DNA of 63,999 bases, counting the filler, from Octopus bimaculoides (lineage: Eukaryota), in the NCBI RefSeq assembly GCF_001194135.2. It is 5 parts of 3 records of this genome, joined end to end, with 100 filler letters (N's around TTAATTAATTAA, not from the genome) between each part and the next. Parts side by side here need not be neighbours in the genome. Positions count along the whole stretch, not along the records: positions 16,816 to 42,050 come from NC_068985.1; 4 more parts are not named here. One strand, written 5' to 3'. Made by a program: the position numbers and the translations under genes. The notes below the pieces were generated by a model that was not told where the DNA came from, searched no databases, and saw only the letters and a program-made list of their open reading frames with translations. Positions 26,274-40,520 of this stretch are shown one piece after another (positions within the stretch are counted from its first letter, which is position 1; every line of letters begins with the position of its first letter).

Positions 26274-27605
26274 GATGTGGTTTTCCACTCAAATTTTGGT
26301 CTTTTGGGAGCAATGATGGGTTTATGGGTTTTAATTTCCAAATTTATATTAAATCTGGGTTTCTAAGTTAGTTTTGGCTGCAGACATATATTTTAAAGAG
26401 AATTCGGTGTCATACTCTTTTGATGCAATATGTACCAAAGTTGCACCTCTTGTAATACTTTGTAAACTTTCTATATATCATCCATAATCATCTCACGTAA
26501 TGAATTTATCGATACAAATATTATATGTGACATAATTACCGATCGTACGTAGTCAGTATTTGTTTATACTTGTATCATACCGGGCAACTACAAGTTACGT
26601 GTTGGTGACCACTTGTTCACTTACTCATTGTGGTTTAGCTGTATATAAATTATCAGATATTAATCTTAATAACACAACAAATCACAAAGATATGAGTGAT
26701 ATTTACCTTAGTGGACGTGCAATGAGATATCTAGAACAAAATCCCATCGTTGGTGACTCAGCTAGATTCAAAACCGATTGCAAAAATTTTTTAATAGAAT
26801 TATGCTTTCATATAAAAATGCGCTTTCCTCTCGATGAAGCTGGAATGTTTGCCCTCTTAGAAATACTTGATCCAAAAGTAGCACGCGATCTTACTAACTC
26901 TCCTCGGTCGATTATTCCTTTGGCATCAAACTGTCCAGCAATTGCACCAGAAAACGTACTTGATGAACTAGACGATGAGTGGAGATTATTTCAGCAATAT
27001 AAAGATATTCCTGTTTCCTCAAAAAGCATACCTGAATTCTGGTATTCCATACTCAATCTCAAAGACGGGCTTGACCACACTAAATTTGAGAGGCTGTCAC
27101 AATTCATGATTAATTTGACGGTGTTACTTCATTCATCAGCGTGCGTGGAGCGCATATTTTCCCAAGTAAGTTGCACAAAGACAAAGTTCACTAATAGGTT
27201 GAAGGCTGAAACGATCACCGATCGTCTACTCGTTAAAAAAGCAATTACAAGAAAGGGAGCGTCATGCATTTCTTGGGAGGCGAACGCTGAAATTATTAAA
27301 GATGTAGTGGATGGGTGTTGTCATCGTAGATATACGAGTAGATTGAACTTCAAAAAGGAAGAAAATGAGTCTATCACCATAGAAGGAGTGGATGAAGATG
27401 ATGTGGATATGTACGAAATTGACAATTAGCTGCCATGATATAAAGTAAGTATTAAATTGTGTATTCATTTTGTCATATAATATATTTTATCATTAAATTA
27501 CCAATTATAAACCTATTTTCAAACATCTGGGTTTATAAAATAGGATCTGGGTTTTTTTGCAGCAAATAATTTGGGTGTTTTATTATTTGATAAGTGGCAA
27601 TCCTG
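26274..27605 (+). mobile_element. hAT DNA transposon, internally deleted derivative
   Basis: Right end gtggcaatcctg (reverse complement CAGGATTGCCAC); degenerate left end ggttttccact; subterminal atctgggttt repeats; flanks gtatcact / gtatcacg look like an 8-bp TSD with one mismatch. Confidence 0.7.
26560..27429 (+). CDS. hAT transposase C-terminal fragment with dimerisation domain
   Basis: 289-aa ORF (homology from about MSDIYLSG, 26692): LDELDDEWR...PEFWYSI...FERLSQFMINLTVLLHSSACVERIFSQVSCTKTKFTNRLKAET, the hAT-C motif. Confidence 0.85.
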   Translation: MFILVSYRATTSYVLVTTCSLTHCGLAVYKLSDINLNNTTNHKDMSDIYLSGRAMRYLEQNPIVGDSARFKTDCKNFLIELCFHIKMRFPLDEAGMFALLEILDPKVARDLTNSPRSIIPLASNCPAIAPENVLDELDDEWRLFQQYKDIPVSSKSIPEFWYSILNLKDGLDHTKFERLSQFMINLTVLLHSSACVERIFSQVSCTKTKFTNRLKAETITDRLLVKKAITRKGASCISWEANAEIIKDVVDGCCHRRYTSRLNFKKEENESITIEGVDEDDVDMYEIDN

Positions 27606-27689
27606 GTATCACGTAAGGCTAGAGATGAGAGCGGTGACTTCCCCCCGTAAATACTAATCGGACACAGAATGTGTGTCGTTAACCAGCTG

Positions 27690-28411
27690 GAAGAGAGTGG
27701 ACGTGTGCTCTTCTTTGCTGTCACATCTCAGTAATGAACCTTTTTTGGACCGAATAATGACTGGTGACGAGAAATGGGTTCTCTATAAAATGTCAAGCGC
27801 CGAAGACCGTGGGTAGGGAAAGGAGAAACACCGGCACCCCAAGCTAAAGACGGTATTCACCCACGTAAGGTGTTGTTATCTGTTTGGTGGGATATGAAAG
27901 GTTTAGTCCACTTTGAATTTTTAAACTCAAACCAAACGATAACAAAGGAGATCTGCTGGGAACAGCTTGAAGGCTTCAGTCAGCGCTAGAAGAAAAACGA
28001 CCATCTTTAGTTTCAAGACGAAAGGTGTTCTTCCATCAGAATAATACTTGGCCACATATAGCGAGGATGACATTCCAAAGGCTGGAGCAGTTTGAATGGG
28101 AAATGATGCCCCACCCACCATATTCGCCGGACATTGTCCCATCTGGTTATCATTTACTCCGCAGTCTCCAAAATCATTTGGACAGAAAAATATATGAACT
28201 CTGTAGATGAGATCAGAATAGTACTGGAGGAGTATTTTTCGTCATGGAAAAGTGAATTTTAGAAGAGGGTCTACCAGATAGATGCAAGTCTACCAGATAG
28301 ATGGAAGAGCATTGTAGAAAATGAAGCAGAATATATTTTAGCTTAAAAAAGAACTTTGTTTATCTTAATAAAAGTATTAAAAAACCGCATTATTTATGGG
28401 ATGATCTAATA
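27690..28411 (+). mobile_element. Mariner transposon, 5'-truncated pseudogene with right TIR
   Basis: FLDRIMTGDEKWVLY...KVLLSVWWDMKG...FFHQNNTWPHIARMT...PHPPYSPDIVPSGYHLLRSLQN with frameshifts; ends ttatttatgggatgatctaata followed by TA. Confidence 0.92.
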
Positions 28412-28516
28412 TATAAACAAAAAGAAAAAAACAAAAGGAAACAAAACATCAATCATGAAGACTTCATAAAGATCAGTTTATGATAAGCTTTTGATGATGA
28501 TGATGGTGATATAAAC

Positions 28517-28612
<96 letters not shown>

Positions 28613-28844
28613 GACATATAGATTAAGAGTTGAACTGGCTTTGGAAGAGTAGTAGAAAGGTATCGATCCTATTAGACCATCAGATCGAAGCATATTCTAG
28701 TCAATTTGCATCCTCTGTATTGATCAATAATTTCGATAATCCGATCTTATTCCTATTATCTCCATTTTTTGAATACTAAATACCGCTATAATTACATAAG
28801 TGACTTCCCGTTGTTTTTGTATTTCGTGTGCATTACATTCTCAG

Positions 28845-29095
28845 AGTGAAGGTGCGTGGCCTAGTGGTTAGAGTGTTGCATTCATGATCAAAAGCTAATG
28901 TTTCCGACTCCTGTATGTTCTGGAGCAAAACACTTCATTTCACGTTGCTCCACAGTCCACTTAGCTGTAAATGGGTAACCCTGCGACCGACTGGCGTCTT
29001 GTTTAGGGAGACTGTCGTGTTCTATGTCATTTATAAGTCTGTCTGCCTAACCAACGGAGTGGTGTCATTTGATCACTAAACCAACATAAAGAAGC
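28845..29095 (+). mobile_element. tRNA-derived SINE family D, degenerate
   Basis: A-box tggcctagtggttagag; central ccacttagctgtaaatgggtaaccctgcgaccgactggcgtc resembles the conserved central domains of old metazoan SINE superfamilies. Confidence 0.65.
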
Positions 29096-30474
29096 GCATT
29101 GTGACGGTTGTATATAGCAATATCCGATATAGTGACAATGGTACATTCCCCGAGATAATTTTTCATTACCAATGTCATTAAATTCACTTTGTCGCTATAT
29201 TCTTCCATTTTAATCTTACCAAATGAATATAATAGGCTTTGCTAAAGCAATTTAATAACACCAAAACACTTCATTTATAAATCATATTCATTTCAATTGG
29301 CATTTTTTGTCTCTGGTTGAAAGTATTTCAATCAACTGATCTAAATGGTATTATCTCCCTTACGTCTTATTTTGAAATATCAAACCTACAGCGGACGAGT
29401 TAACTTTCATTTCTTAGAACATCTCATTTGATCGAAAATTATCAACTCAGTGTATTATTATTTACGTAAGACTACCGTATCTATACTTACATGCATGCAT
29501 GCATACACACATACATACATACATACATACATACATACATACATACATACATACATGCATACACGTACTTACATATATACATACAAGCATGCATAGGCAT
29601 ACATACAAACACACACACACACGCGCACGCGTACGCTCACACACAAATATATACAACTATACATTTTTATGAAAACACAGCACTATCCAAATGGTTTAAA
29701 TATATACTGATGTTACGCAGACATGCACACACACACACATACACACGCACACACACATATATGCATTTATATATATGTCTATCTATCTATCTATCTATCT
29801 ACATATATATGTATTTATATATATATATTTGCATGTGTATATGTGTGTGTTTGTGTGTGTGTACGTATGTGCGTGTGTTTCTATGTATATATGTATATAT
29901 CTACTTACATGATTACGTATTTGCATATATAAATGTGAAGTGGTTATCTCTCCTTAGAAGCATAGGCCACACAAAGTGAATAACACAGGGAGTTTGTGCT
30001 GTCTAGATATGTTACATTAAAAATAATGTATCAAACAAGATACACACACAAAAATACGCGCACACATACGCATATCATATGTACATACATTAATTTACAT
30101 ATACATAAATACATATATAATTCAATCATATATAGATGTTCATATATGTACTCTTCAGTCATGTCTTAGCACTGACCTTATCGCACGCGCGATTATGATG
30201 CGACGCTGCAGGTACCAATTTATACACACAATGTAGTAATCACTACCGTACCGTTTACGCCCACACAGTTTTATAAAGACTCATATATTTTACGTTTATG
30301 TTCTCTAAATCCCGCCATTTTGATAACAATAACACGCCGTCTATTATTAGAATGTAAGGTGGTCTGCCTGTTCTACGTAGTTATATTACTTTAACCATCG
30401 AATCGAATATTTCAGAGTCATTTAGATATCATACTACTGCTGCTTAATAATCGATTAACGTAGAAACAATTATA

Positions 30475-31005
<531 letters not shown>

Positions 31006-32459
31006 CAGAATCTTCTTTTAGTCCTGTTTCCTTTCTTGCCGAGTGTCTTCCTGATACCTAAGTCAGAGAAACATACTGTATACATTGGTAGGCCATTAAA
31101 ACAGGCACACCAGATTGTGTAGGTTTCTAGTAAAAGGATGCGGTGGTGGAAAGAAAGAAACTTCAGATATATCTTGCCTGAAGAGTTATACACCGACATT
31201 CAAAACCCAGCGTACCAATAGACTGACTCGTCCACGATAAAATATAGTATTAATCCCTATTAATCCCTATTATGGAACTAAGTATGGTGCTGCTATTTTT
31301 TCCGACAGTCAACATTAAACGGCTATGTGTATATGAGTACTTGTATGTATTTATATATGTATGTATATATGTATTTAGCTATCTACTTACGTACGTATGC
31401 ATCTGTCTATAGCTATCTACTTACGTACGTATGCATCTGTCTATATCTATCTAGCTCCCTACCTACCTATCTATCTACCTACTTACCTAAATAAATAAAT
31501 AAACATAGAAAACAAAACAAAACATGACATTGTTAAGATATTTATTTACAAAATATTACGTACGTTTCATAAACATAAATATACATACATATATATATAC
31601 ATATATACATACAAACACACACACATTTATGTATGTATATGTATTTATGTAATTTTGAATCATAGAATCGTGTACACAATGGTGTCTAATGATTTGCCCT
31701 TCACCACAATACTATGCATTAGTTGTTGTATAAAGGACAATTCTGATTTTATTACGAATTCTAAAAAAATCTCACAAAAGAGTGTAAAAATACAAAAAAC
31801 AAAGGAAATAGAAAGTAAGGGACTTCTTTCTTTGAAATATGAAAATTATAGAAATTTATTATTGATTCATTTTCTTCAACCTAAAAGTTGAATACTATAA
31901 ATTTTTTTACTGCCATAGTTTAATATGATTACTGTTGTTGTCATTGTTATTTAACTCCTAATTTTTTTAGAGACAATAGATATATTACTATACCACAACT
32001 AAATTTTATTTTAGGCGTTCATTTAGAAATAGGGAAAAAGACATACGTAACAATATACTTCGAAATAGAGCGTTTTGAATTGAAGAACTACACAAGAATA
32101 GCGAAAAGGACTAAATTTAGACAGGTAGAACATTAACCCCTCCATGAGCCGATGTTTGAAATTATGATATCACGTACAATTTAGGAACTACGGTAGTGTA
32201 GCAAGGGTAGCGCTTTGGAAAATCCACTTTTTATGCGACTTTCAAAGACATATGTTGCTACTCATACCGGGTCTATGTATGTAAATGCATATACATAATA
32301 TAAACACAATCACACATAAACACACGCATACTCATACAAACACATTTATATGCATGCTAGAAAATGAAACATGGAAGATAAAGAAGTGGAATAATTACTA
32401 AGATGAAACAAGCTTGCTAACGAGTTCTCGAATTGAAAAACTGCATTCAACATATATGA

Positions 32460-32546
32460 CTGAGACAATTACTGCCCGGACTTGTATCTGAGAGGGTAAC
32501 TTCCTAGGTGCAATCCCATGGTCAGTCATGACCGAAGGGGGTTTCA
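32460..32546 (-). mobile_element. Short interspersed-repeat fragment (ccccttcggtcatgactgaccatgggattgcacctag)
   Basis: GC-rich motif I recall from octopus RTE-associated repeats; family not verified. Confidence 0.4.
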
Positions 32547-32722
32547 GACTAATAGCAAAAATACAAAATTGGGTATTAGTATTTTTGCTTGCTAATTGAG
32601 GAAGAATTAGGGCCCTTGTGTCTGTCCTATGTTTTGTAGTATTTAATATATCTTTCATTTATGAAATAACTGAACGTATCCCAACTTTTGTTAACACTAA
32701 GTTTGTATATATCTTTTGCGAT

Positions 32723-32761
<39 letters not shown>

Positions 32762-32849
32762 CGTCCTAATTTTCCTTTTCCAGCATCCCTACTTCCTTCC
32801 CCCTCTCATCTTCTCACACTTAATTGTAGACTTCCCCCTTCCTTCCCCT

Positions 32850-32887
<38 letters not shown>

Positions 32888-33755
32888 CTGTACGTCCATT
32901 AACTATTCCCAGTGGCTTTCCGCCGTTGGCGTCATCAAAAATGAGTAATATGAACGCTAAAGGCGCGAAATTGTAAGGACCTTTTGGTCGTTGACTGATG
33001 AGGAATTAGCTATGAATTATCCGTTTGCTGTGTTTCTATGAATTTTTTGAAAGATATATATATACATACATACATTCATACATACATACATACATACATA
33101 CATGCATATACACACACATATAGTTAGTTAGATATATACATACACACACACATATATGAATATAGACAGATATAGATGTATATGAAAATAAATATATGTG
33201 TGTTTGTGTGCTTATGTAAAATGAATATCAATCTGTCAAATGTTATTCATTATTATTAAAAATCCTTTGTATGTGAACCAAACTTCGAGTAAGTATGGAG
33301 GACAATTAGATTCCTACATCCCTGATCTTATGACTTGCATCTTTTAATGCTGTCGATGAAATAAAAAATACACAGTATTGTTTTGCATAAATTTCGACGG
33401 AAAGAGATTTATATTGAAAGAATAAATGCAAATACTAAATAGATATTCGCAGGTAGTCTCTTAAAAGTCAATCGTTGTTGAATATGTCTATTCGTGCAAG
33501 TGTACGCAAGGAAGAGCTGCATATGAATTCACATTCCTTGAAGAGTGACTCTTAAAACTGGTTCCTGAATTTTTATCGTTTGCTAAAGTAGTCATGTGTG
33601 CATTTGTATGAATGTAAAGAAAAACACATTAGGATTAAAATCATTCATGGAAACCGATAGAAAAAGTGTATTTTGTTGTGTTAATGTTTGGTATCTGAAG
33701 AAAGCAAGTAAAGCTATATATATATGCATTTGTTTACTTCATATCTACATACATA

Positions 33756-33825
<70 letters not shown>

Positions 33826-34415
33826 GTATATATATAACAAGTATATTTATATGTAAGTATATATATGTACGTATGTATATGTATCATGTGTGTATATACN
33901 NNNNNNNNNNNNNNNNNNNNNNNNNNNNNNNNNNNNNNNNNNNNNNNNNNNNNNNNNNNNNNNNNNNNNNNNNNNNNNNNNNNNNNNNNNNNNNNNNNNN
34001 NNNNNNNNNNNNNNNNNNNNNNNNNNCCGAAGAGATATCAGACATTTAAGCCTCATGTTTTACTGACAAAGCGTCACTTCTATGTCTTTCTTTAAATCCA
34101 GTGTCTTATCTTCTGCTAATGTCAACAGTAGTTCTCTGCTACGATTGCTATATTTTTCAAACATAAAAAACGGAACTGATAATCTATAAATGGTTAACCT
34201 TAAAAATGCAAACGCACAATCATTATTATTTAAATTAAGGCAAACGCAAAGATCCTATACAACATATGTGAACCACTCTATATACTACTCACTGTACCGT
34301 GGCATTTTTATGTCATTGTACTATGACAATCTTCAGCTTGCTTCATTTATTATACATCTAAAATCTTTTTAAAGACGTTCATCTCATTAGACTCGACAAA
34401 TATTTCGAATATGAA

Positions 34416-35055
34416 TAAGGCGGTGAGCTAGCAGAACCATTAGCACGCCGGGTAAAATGCTCGGCAGCATTTCATTGATCTTTTCATTCCCAGTTCAAAT
34501 TTCGACTTTACCTTTCATCCTTGCTGGGTCGATAAATTAAGTACCAGGGAAACACTGCGGTCGATGTGATCGACTTATCCCCTTCCCTGAAATTGCTCAT
34601 GCCTTGTGCCTTTGGTAAAAAGGATTATAATTATCATTAAGGCGAAAGCGGTGAGCAGGCAGAATCGTTGGCACGCCGGGAAAAATGCTCAGCGGCATTT
34701 CGTCCCTCTACGTTCTGAGTTCAAATTCCGCCGAAGTCGACTTTATTTTTCATTCTTTCGGGGTCGATAAAATAAGTTGAACACTGGGGTTGGGGTAATC
34801 GACTTATCCCCTTCCCTGAAATTGCAGGTCTTGTACCAAAATTTGAAATTATCGTTATTAAGGCGGCGAACAGGCAGAAATGTTAACACACTGGGCAAAA
34901 TGCTCAGTGGCATTTCATCCGTCTTTTCTTTCTGAGTTCACATTCCACCGAGGTCAACTTTGCCTTTCATCTTTCGAGATAAGTCAAATAAATACTAGTT
35001 GAGCACTGGGGCCGATGTAATCGATATACTCCCTCCCTTTGTGCCGAAATTTGAA
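34416..35055 (+). mobile_element. Head-to-tail array of three SINE family A copies
   Basis: Three taaggcg...gcagaa..gtt.gcac.c.ggg.aaatgctc heads at about 34416, 34637 and 34860, each with a B-box and body. Confidence 0.9.
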
Positions 35056-36949
35056 ACCAATATTTCAAATATGAGTAACTTTAAGACTTTACGCCTAATG
35101 ATAGAAATGGCTTTAGGGAACTGGGTATGCCCTAAGGTTGTATTTAGGATTTATGTTCGAAGATCGCAAAGATGGCCATCAGAAATGAGTGAAATGATTT
35201 TTGATGGCATTTTGATCGCTTAGTTTGGCCTTAAATATGCACATTCAGCCATAAGAATTCTGTAATATAAATGTCCATACCAAGCATCTCAAACTAGTCT
35301 ATGATGCTCACATCGTTGTGTGGATCTAATGTTTATAACTTATCTTGTTTTCTATGAAAATCCATGGAAAAGGCTTCCTCACATTTTCTATATGCAATCC
35401 AACGTTCGTGTTCATAGTTTCAAAATCTATAATCATGATTGTCTACATATACCCCTACTCAGTGGTAAGCTGGCAAAATTTTAACAACTGGTTCACTGAG
35501 CTGCTGAGATTTCAACCACTGCTTCTGTGCAAAAAATTCTGAATTTGTCAATGAAATATTTATCCCTTCAGAAGTATGGATATTGGATATTAAGCGTCTC
35601 AAATTACCGAATATTTTCATCATCGAATACGTTTGTAATTTGAATTTTCATCTTATTGAATATATTTACCTCTTTTAAATATATGCTGAAGTATCGATTG
35701 CTTACAACCACCTTCTAGCGGCTAAATGTTTTGAAATTATATTGTAAAATAATCTGTACAAAGAACAAATCGATGGATATTAAAACAAAGTTTCTCTATA
35801 TTACAAAATGAAATAAAGGTTAGATTCTGAATTTTAAGAACAGTAAATCGGTGATATAAATAAGAAGATATTGTTTCAAATGCAAGACAGCTACTATGTT
35901 CCTGTGTCTTTGCACCATATTCACCGAAATTTATTAATGTGAAATACCTCTTCTGTTGTACCATCCATCGAATTTAATATATTATTGGCATAAAATCTAT
36001 AGAGCTTAATATCTTGTGTGTGTGTGTGTGTGTGTGTGTGCGTGCGCGCGCGCNNNNNNNNNNTGTGTGTGTGCGTGCGCGCGCGCGCGCGCGCGTATGT
36101 GTGTGTTTATATGAGAGTAGGGTTTTCAAAATTCCTACAGTAGATCACAATGTACTAGCCAAATGTATGTGCTGATAATATATGTTCATATTTACCGACG
36201 TAAAATATTCAGTAATAATTGTTTCTGGTGCATTGCCAGTAATTTTAGAGAAAGTAGGTTTGTCGATATCACCGACCCCACTACATGACTGGTAATTTAT
36301 TTTACCGACTTCCCAACTGATGAACGGTAATGTCGAATTCGGGGAGATTTGTATCCTGAAAATAAAATAACGGATGAAATAACTCAAAGAATGTTTTCGA
36401 TGCTTTATCAATTCTGACAGCTTGCCCTCCACCAAGTACTCATTTATAATAAAAGTTTTTAAAGAAAGCCCTCGATAATGAGAGTATTTCGTAATTTAAT
36501 ACACTAGTCATTAAAACTGTTGAAATTTTAATTTAGTTCAACTTTAGTAATAATGAATTATTCGGAACCAAATATCAGTACCTCTACTATTCCAATTTAA
36601 TTTTTTAAAAGATTTTAAACATTTTACATAACGTATTATTACTAGATAGAGTAATATAACCCAAACGGTTTCTGTTTCTTGGAAAGAAATACAGATTTGG
36701 AAGGGAAACTAATATCTAAGCAAGTGGGATGGTGTGAGAATAGGAGAAGCCAGGAAGGTGAGGAGATCAGACATTGGACAGAATGAGAGACACGTACCTC
36801 AAATATCTATGCAAATAGAGAGATACAGCTACGATAATAAATTAGTAATGTGGATTTGAACAATACCACAAAGGACCAGATAAACACACAGTCATGATGA
36901 CAAATAAAAGTAATGAAAAATGCATAGAAGCGGACAGGAAGGTTGACAA

Positions 36950-37310
36950 AAACAACACCTAAAATCACAAATATAGATACAATTACAATAACAAATTAAA
37001 ATATCGTGGGTCAGACGTAAAGGTACTGACAATTGGATTGGAAAATAAATGAAAGCAAACAATTACATCCCCACGCATTATGTCAGCTTATGCGAAGACA
37101 ATTTTAAAAGCCGTTATGCAAACAACCAATCTTCTTGATAAAAATAAAGCCACTAAGTTAGCTAGCCATGTATGAGATCTGAAGATCAACTGCACACTAC
37201 ATACAACCAAGTGGAAAGTCGTGGAGAAATTTACGCTAAATATAAATGGATCAAAGAGAAGCAAGTTATGCGTAGCTGCATATTTATACTGTCAAATATA
37301 ATAAAATACC
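36950..37310 (+). mobile_element. Degenerate Penelope-like GIY-YIG endonuclease
   Basis: Broken translation NYI..LCEDNFKSRYAN...KATKLASHV.DLK...KWKVVEK...NGSKRSKLC matches YIG.TE..FK.RY.NH...LS.YIW.LK...W.I...Y....C.LC. Confidence 0.55.
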
Positions 37311-37319
37311 CATGTATTT

Positions 37320-37386
<67 letters not shown>

Positions 37387-37544
37387 CATACATATATATA
37401 TATATATATGTGTGTGTGTGTATGTATATATGTGAGATAATAGTTTCAGTATTAATAAGGAAGTATTAAACTGAAAGTACCATCTCATTACAATGGAGAT
37501 GTTATTGTTTGAATTTTGAGACGTAATACTGAAATAGTGTAAAA

Positions 37545-37741
37545 GATAAGAGATTGCTGCGGGCTCGCATTAGGCAAGAAGTTGAGAATTTCTTTGGCTC
37601 ATGATACTGCATCGACCCCAAATAAGGCATGAGTAAAAGTTTGAATAAAATCGGTTGGGTAGTTCTCGAGTCTTAGTGCTGTACACATACAGACACACAG
37701 ACAGACACATACACATTCTCAGTTTTTATATATATATAGAT
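37545..37741 (+). mobile_element. Non-autonomous Helitron/Helentron-like element (Lep1/DINE-like architecture)
   Basis: aaaatcggttgggtagttctcgag + (ACAG) microsatellite + cattctc..ttttatatatatagat end; homologous to 62030-62229. Confidence 0.5.
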
Positions 37742-39437
37742 ACAGCAGTGAATTCTCTCACTTATAATATCATATACATACACATGAACCAGTAAGCGAG
37801 TCTCTGCTTGATCGTGTAACCACTTAGAAATAGAGGTCAAATTGTTCTAAGTTATACCTTTCCCTCTTTCTAAAGGAAAGAAAGAAAAAAAGTGGGAAAC
37901 GATCGACCAGCCGTTAACATTATCTCCTGACCCTTTAACAGAGTTGACTCTTGTGAAAACATTAAGACCCGATTTCCGGTCAGACGATAACTACTTCCTA
38001 CAAGTACCCGAAAAACTACATAAGGATTGTGTGCGTTGCTCTTCTTCCTCTGACAAAGCCACGTATACATTTCTTTTTTTAAGGTAAAAATAGTATGTTC
38101 ATAGACGAAACACTTTGATCGCAAATATCTGCTTCATCAGGGCTGACCGAAGACAAGGGGTCAAGTGTACAACTACATACATATAAGCATATCTATTTCG
38201 TAACACAATGTTTAAAGAGGCAGTTCAACGCGTTGTTTGCATTAATGTTCGGTTGCTTACTTTTACTGCAAATATAAAACAGAACTCATAATATTGCCCA
38301 ATAATATATTGACAGATATTTATAACAAATATCTTCTAGTAGAAATAAGTAATTAAATTTCACGTATCTACGAATAATAAGATTCAGTTATTCATATGCA
38401 GCTCATGAAATTGCATGACCAGTTATATATTGAGATATACATTGTGGATACTCACATATGAATGAGCAGCATTTCCTTGTATATCTTCACACCAATATGT
38501 CTGCAACGAAAGTAGTTGTTGGTGTTGCAATGTCGAAGGGTCAGTGAAACGTACGATACTTTATAGGCAAAAAGAATGATGCTTAATTTTCAACAGCACA
38601 ATCCATTTTGCTGTAAATAGATACCATAAGAAATTATACTTTATCCACATACTATATAAAGTTATAACATGAAGATAAGCTATAATATACATAAACTTTA
38701 ATTCCATACAATATTGAGTTATAGTTTAACTACATACTATATGAATTTAAACTATATATAGAATAGATCTACATACTATATTTAGATCAACTAACTATAG
38801 AGAAACTACAGTCTCGTACCATCTAGAGTTATAGTTTATCTCCATTTATATACTATATGATAGTTCCTTCTTTGCTTGCAGTGTTCAGTTCAAACATTTG
38901 ATATGAAGAATAAAGTTGATACATCGGCTTATTCTTCACTGGTAGATGATGTGCCTAAACGACCAATAGTGTTACTGAAATTTATTTGTAATATGCGTAT
39001 AACACATTAGCAATATTAATAATATTAATACTATTAATGATATCAATTTGTTATTAGAATTATTATCTCGTCCATAGTCTTGTTCTATGTCACAGGAAAG
39101 ACACTTCAATTTATTTTTAGCATCTTACGGAAATGAATATAGATATCATGAGGCGGACAGTGCAGAATTTTAGTTAACAAAAACACGTATAACTGATGAG
39201 TTTTTCGTTAAATTGAGAGAGANNNNNNNNNNGGTGAGGAAAGAGATAGGTAAATTTTAAAAATGACAATGATAGATGACTGGGTTAATGGAATATAATC
39301 ATATTCGCCGAAGTGTAGGCTTTGAGTAATGTCTCAAGAATAAAGACATCCCCGGCTTTAGTAATGTCTCCGGCTTTGAGAAATGCCTCAAGAATAAAGA
39401 CATTAATTATGGACTACTAGATGTTGTGTGTTATATA

Positions 39438-39667
39438 CAGGGTTGGTCAGAAGTCACCCGACAGTAAATGAAAATTCCATAAATACTATCTATAATTCTG
39501 TATTGACTAGAATGGAAAAATGTATCGCTCAAGGACTTCAGTTTGAACAATTTTCATGATGTTTCATATTTAGATACTTTTATTAAATTCATTCAGTTGT
39601 TACACATAAATAAATCTTAGAATTAAATGGTTTTGATTTACTGTCAGGTGACTTTTGGTCAACCCTG
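39438..39667. mobile_element. Tc1/mariner-type MITE (230 bp)
   Basis: About 32-bp TIRs cagggttggtcagaagtcacccgacagtaaat / atttactgtcaggtgacttttggtcaaccctg, TA on both sides. Confidence 0.88.
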
Positions 39668-39724
39668 TATATAAACTGATAAAATTCACTCTACATCTGA
39701 AAATCATTATTCGCTACTAATTAA

Positions 39725-39775
39725 AAAGCGTTTGTCTACAGAAAGCGTTTGTCTACAGAAAGCGTTTGTCTAAAG
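39725..39775. repeat. 17-bp tandem repeat x3 (aaagcgtttgtctacag)
   Basis: Direct inspection. Confidence 0.9.
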
Positions 39776-39899
39776 AAACTGTACTGAAGGATTTCTTAGA
39801 GACCGGTATAATGGCCGTGGTTGATGTTCCTCTTAAATAAATTGACAGATGCAAGAAACACGAGGACAGAGAGAGAGAGAGAGATAACTCTAGAGAGGT

Positions 39900-40520
39900 G
39901 ACATTCTAGAAGGAAAAATAGTGAGAATAGTGGAGAGTACAGAGCTTGGGCATAAAGTAAGTGAGAAGTGAAACGAAAGAGTCTGGAGTGCCTGTGTAGA
40001 TCTAGTACGAGACCACTGGGGTAGAGTAGAAAAAATAACAGCAAGAAGATGGTGCATCAGAGAGTTAAGGTATTAGAGCTGGTGGAGAGCAACTTCGTGT
40101 CAATTGGTCGGGTAACCTTTCTATCTATGCGGTTTTGAGTGACTGTATGTATAGCAGCAGTACCATTCCAAGTACACTTTTGAGGATTTCATCTGGGATT
40201 TGTTGAGTTTTAGAAACAGTTGGAAGCTGAATTATTTTCTGGTGCTGAAGAAGAAGGCTAGTCTCTATGATGCAATTTCTGTTTTGTTTACGATAAGAAA
40301 TCACCAGGAGAGATTCTTAGTAAAGGTGATGCCTAGCATCAGTTTAGTTAAGTTTTGCTTATGTTTAGTATTTGTAGGAAGATATAAACATTGTTTTCTT
40401 GATATGTGTAGTGATTGTGTATGCTGTTGAAAAAGGAAAGATTGTTATGAGCTCATTGGAGAATGTTTCCGAGGTTTCCCAGTGTTGATAATCCAATTCT
40501 CTAATAGATACAATAGAATA
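39900..40520 (-). mobile_element. Degenerate CR1/L2-group LINE, RT C-terminal region
   Basis: Minus strand LGITFTKNLSW followed by a decayed LLxLYKxQIRPxMEYxSxxW...DRI.RK..R...HRR...LF.YY-like segment. Confidence 0.55.
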
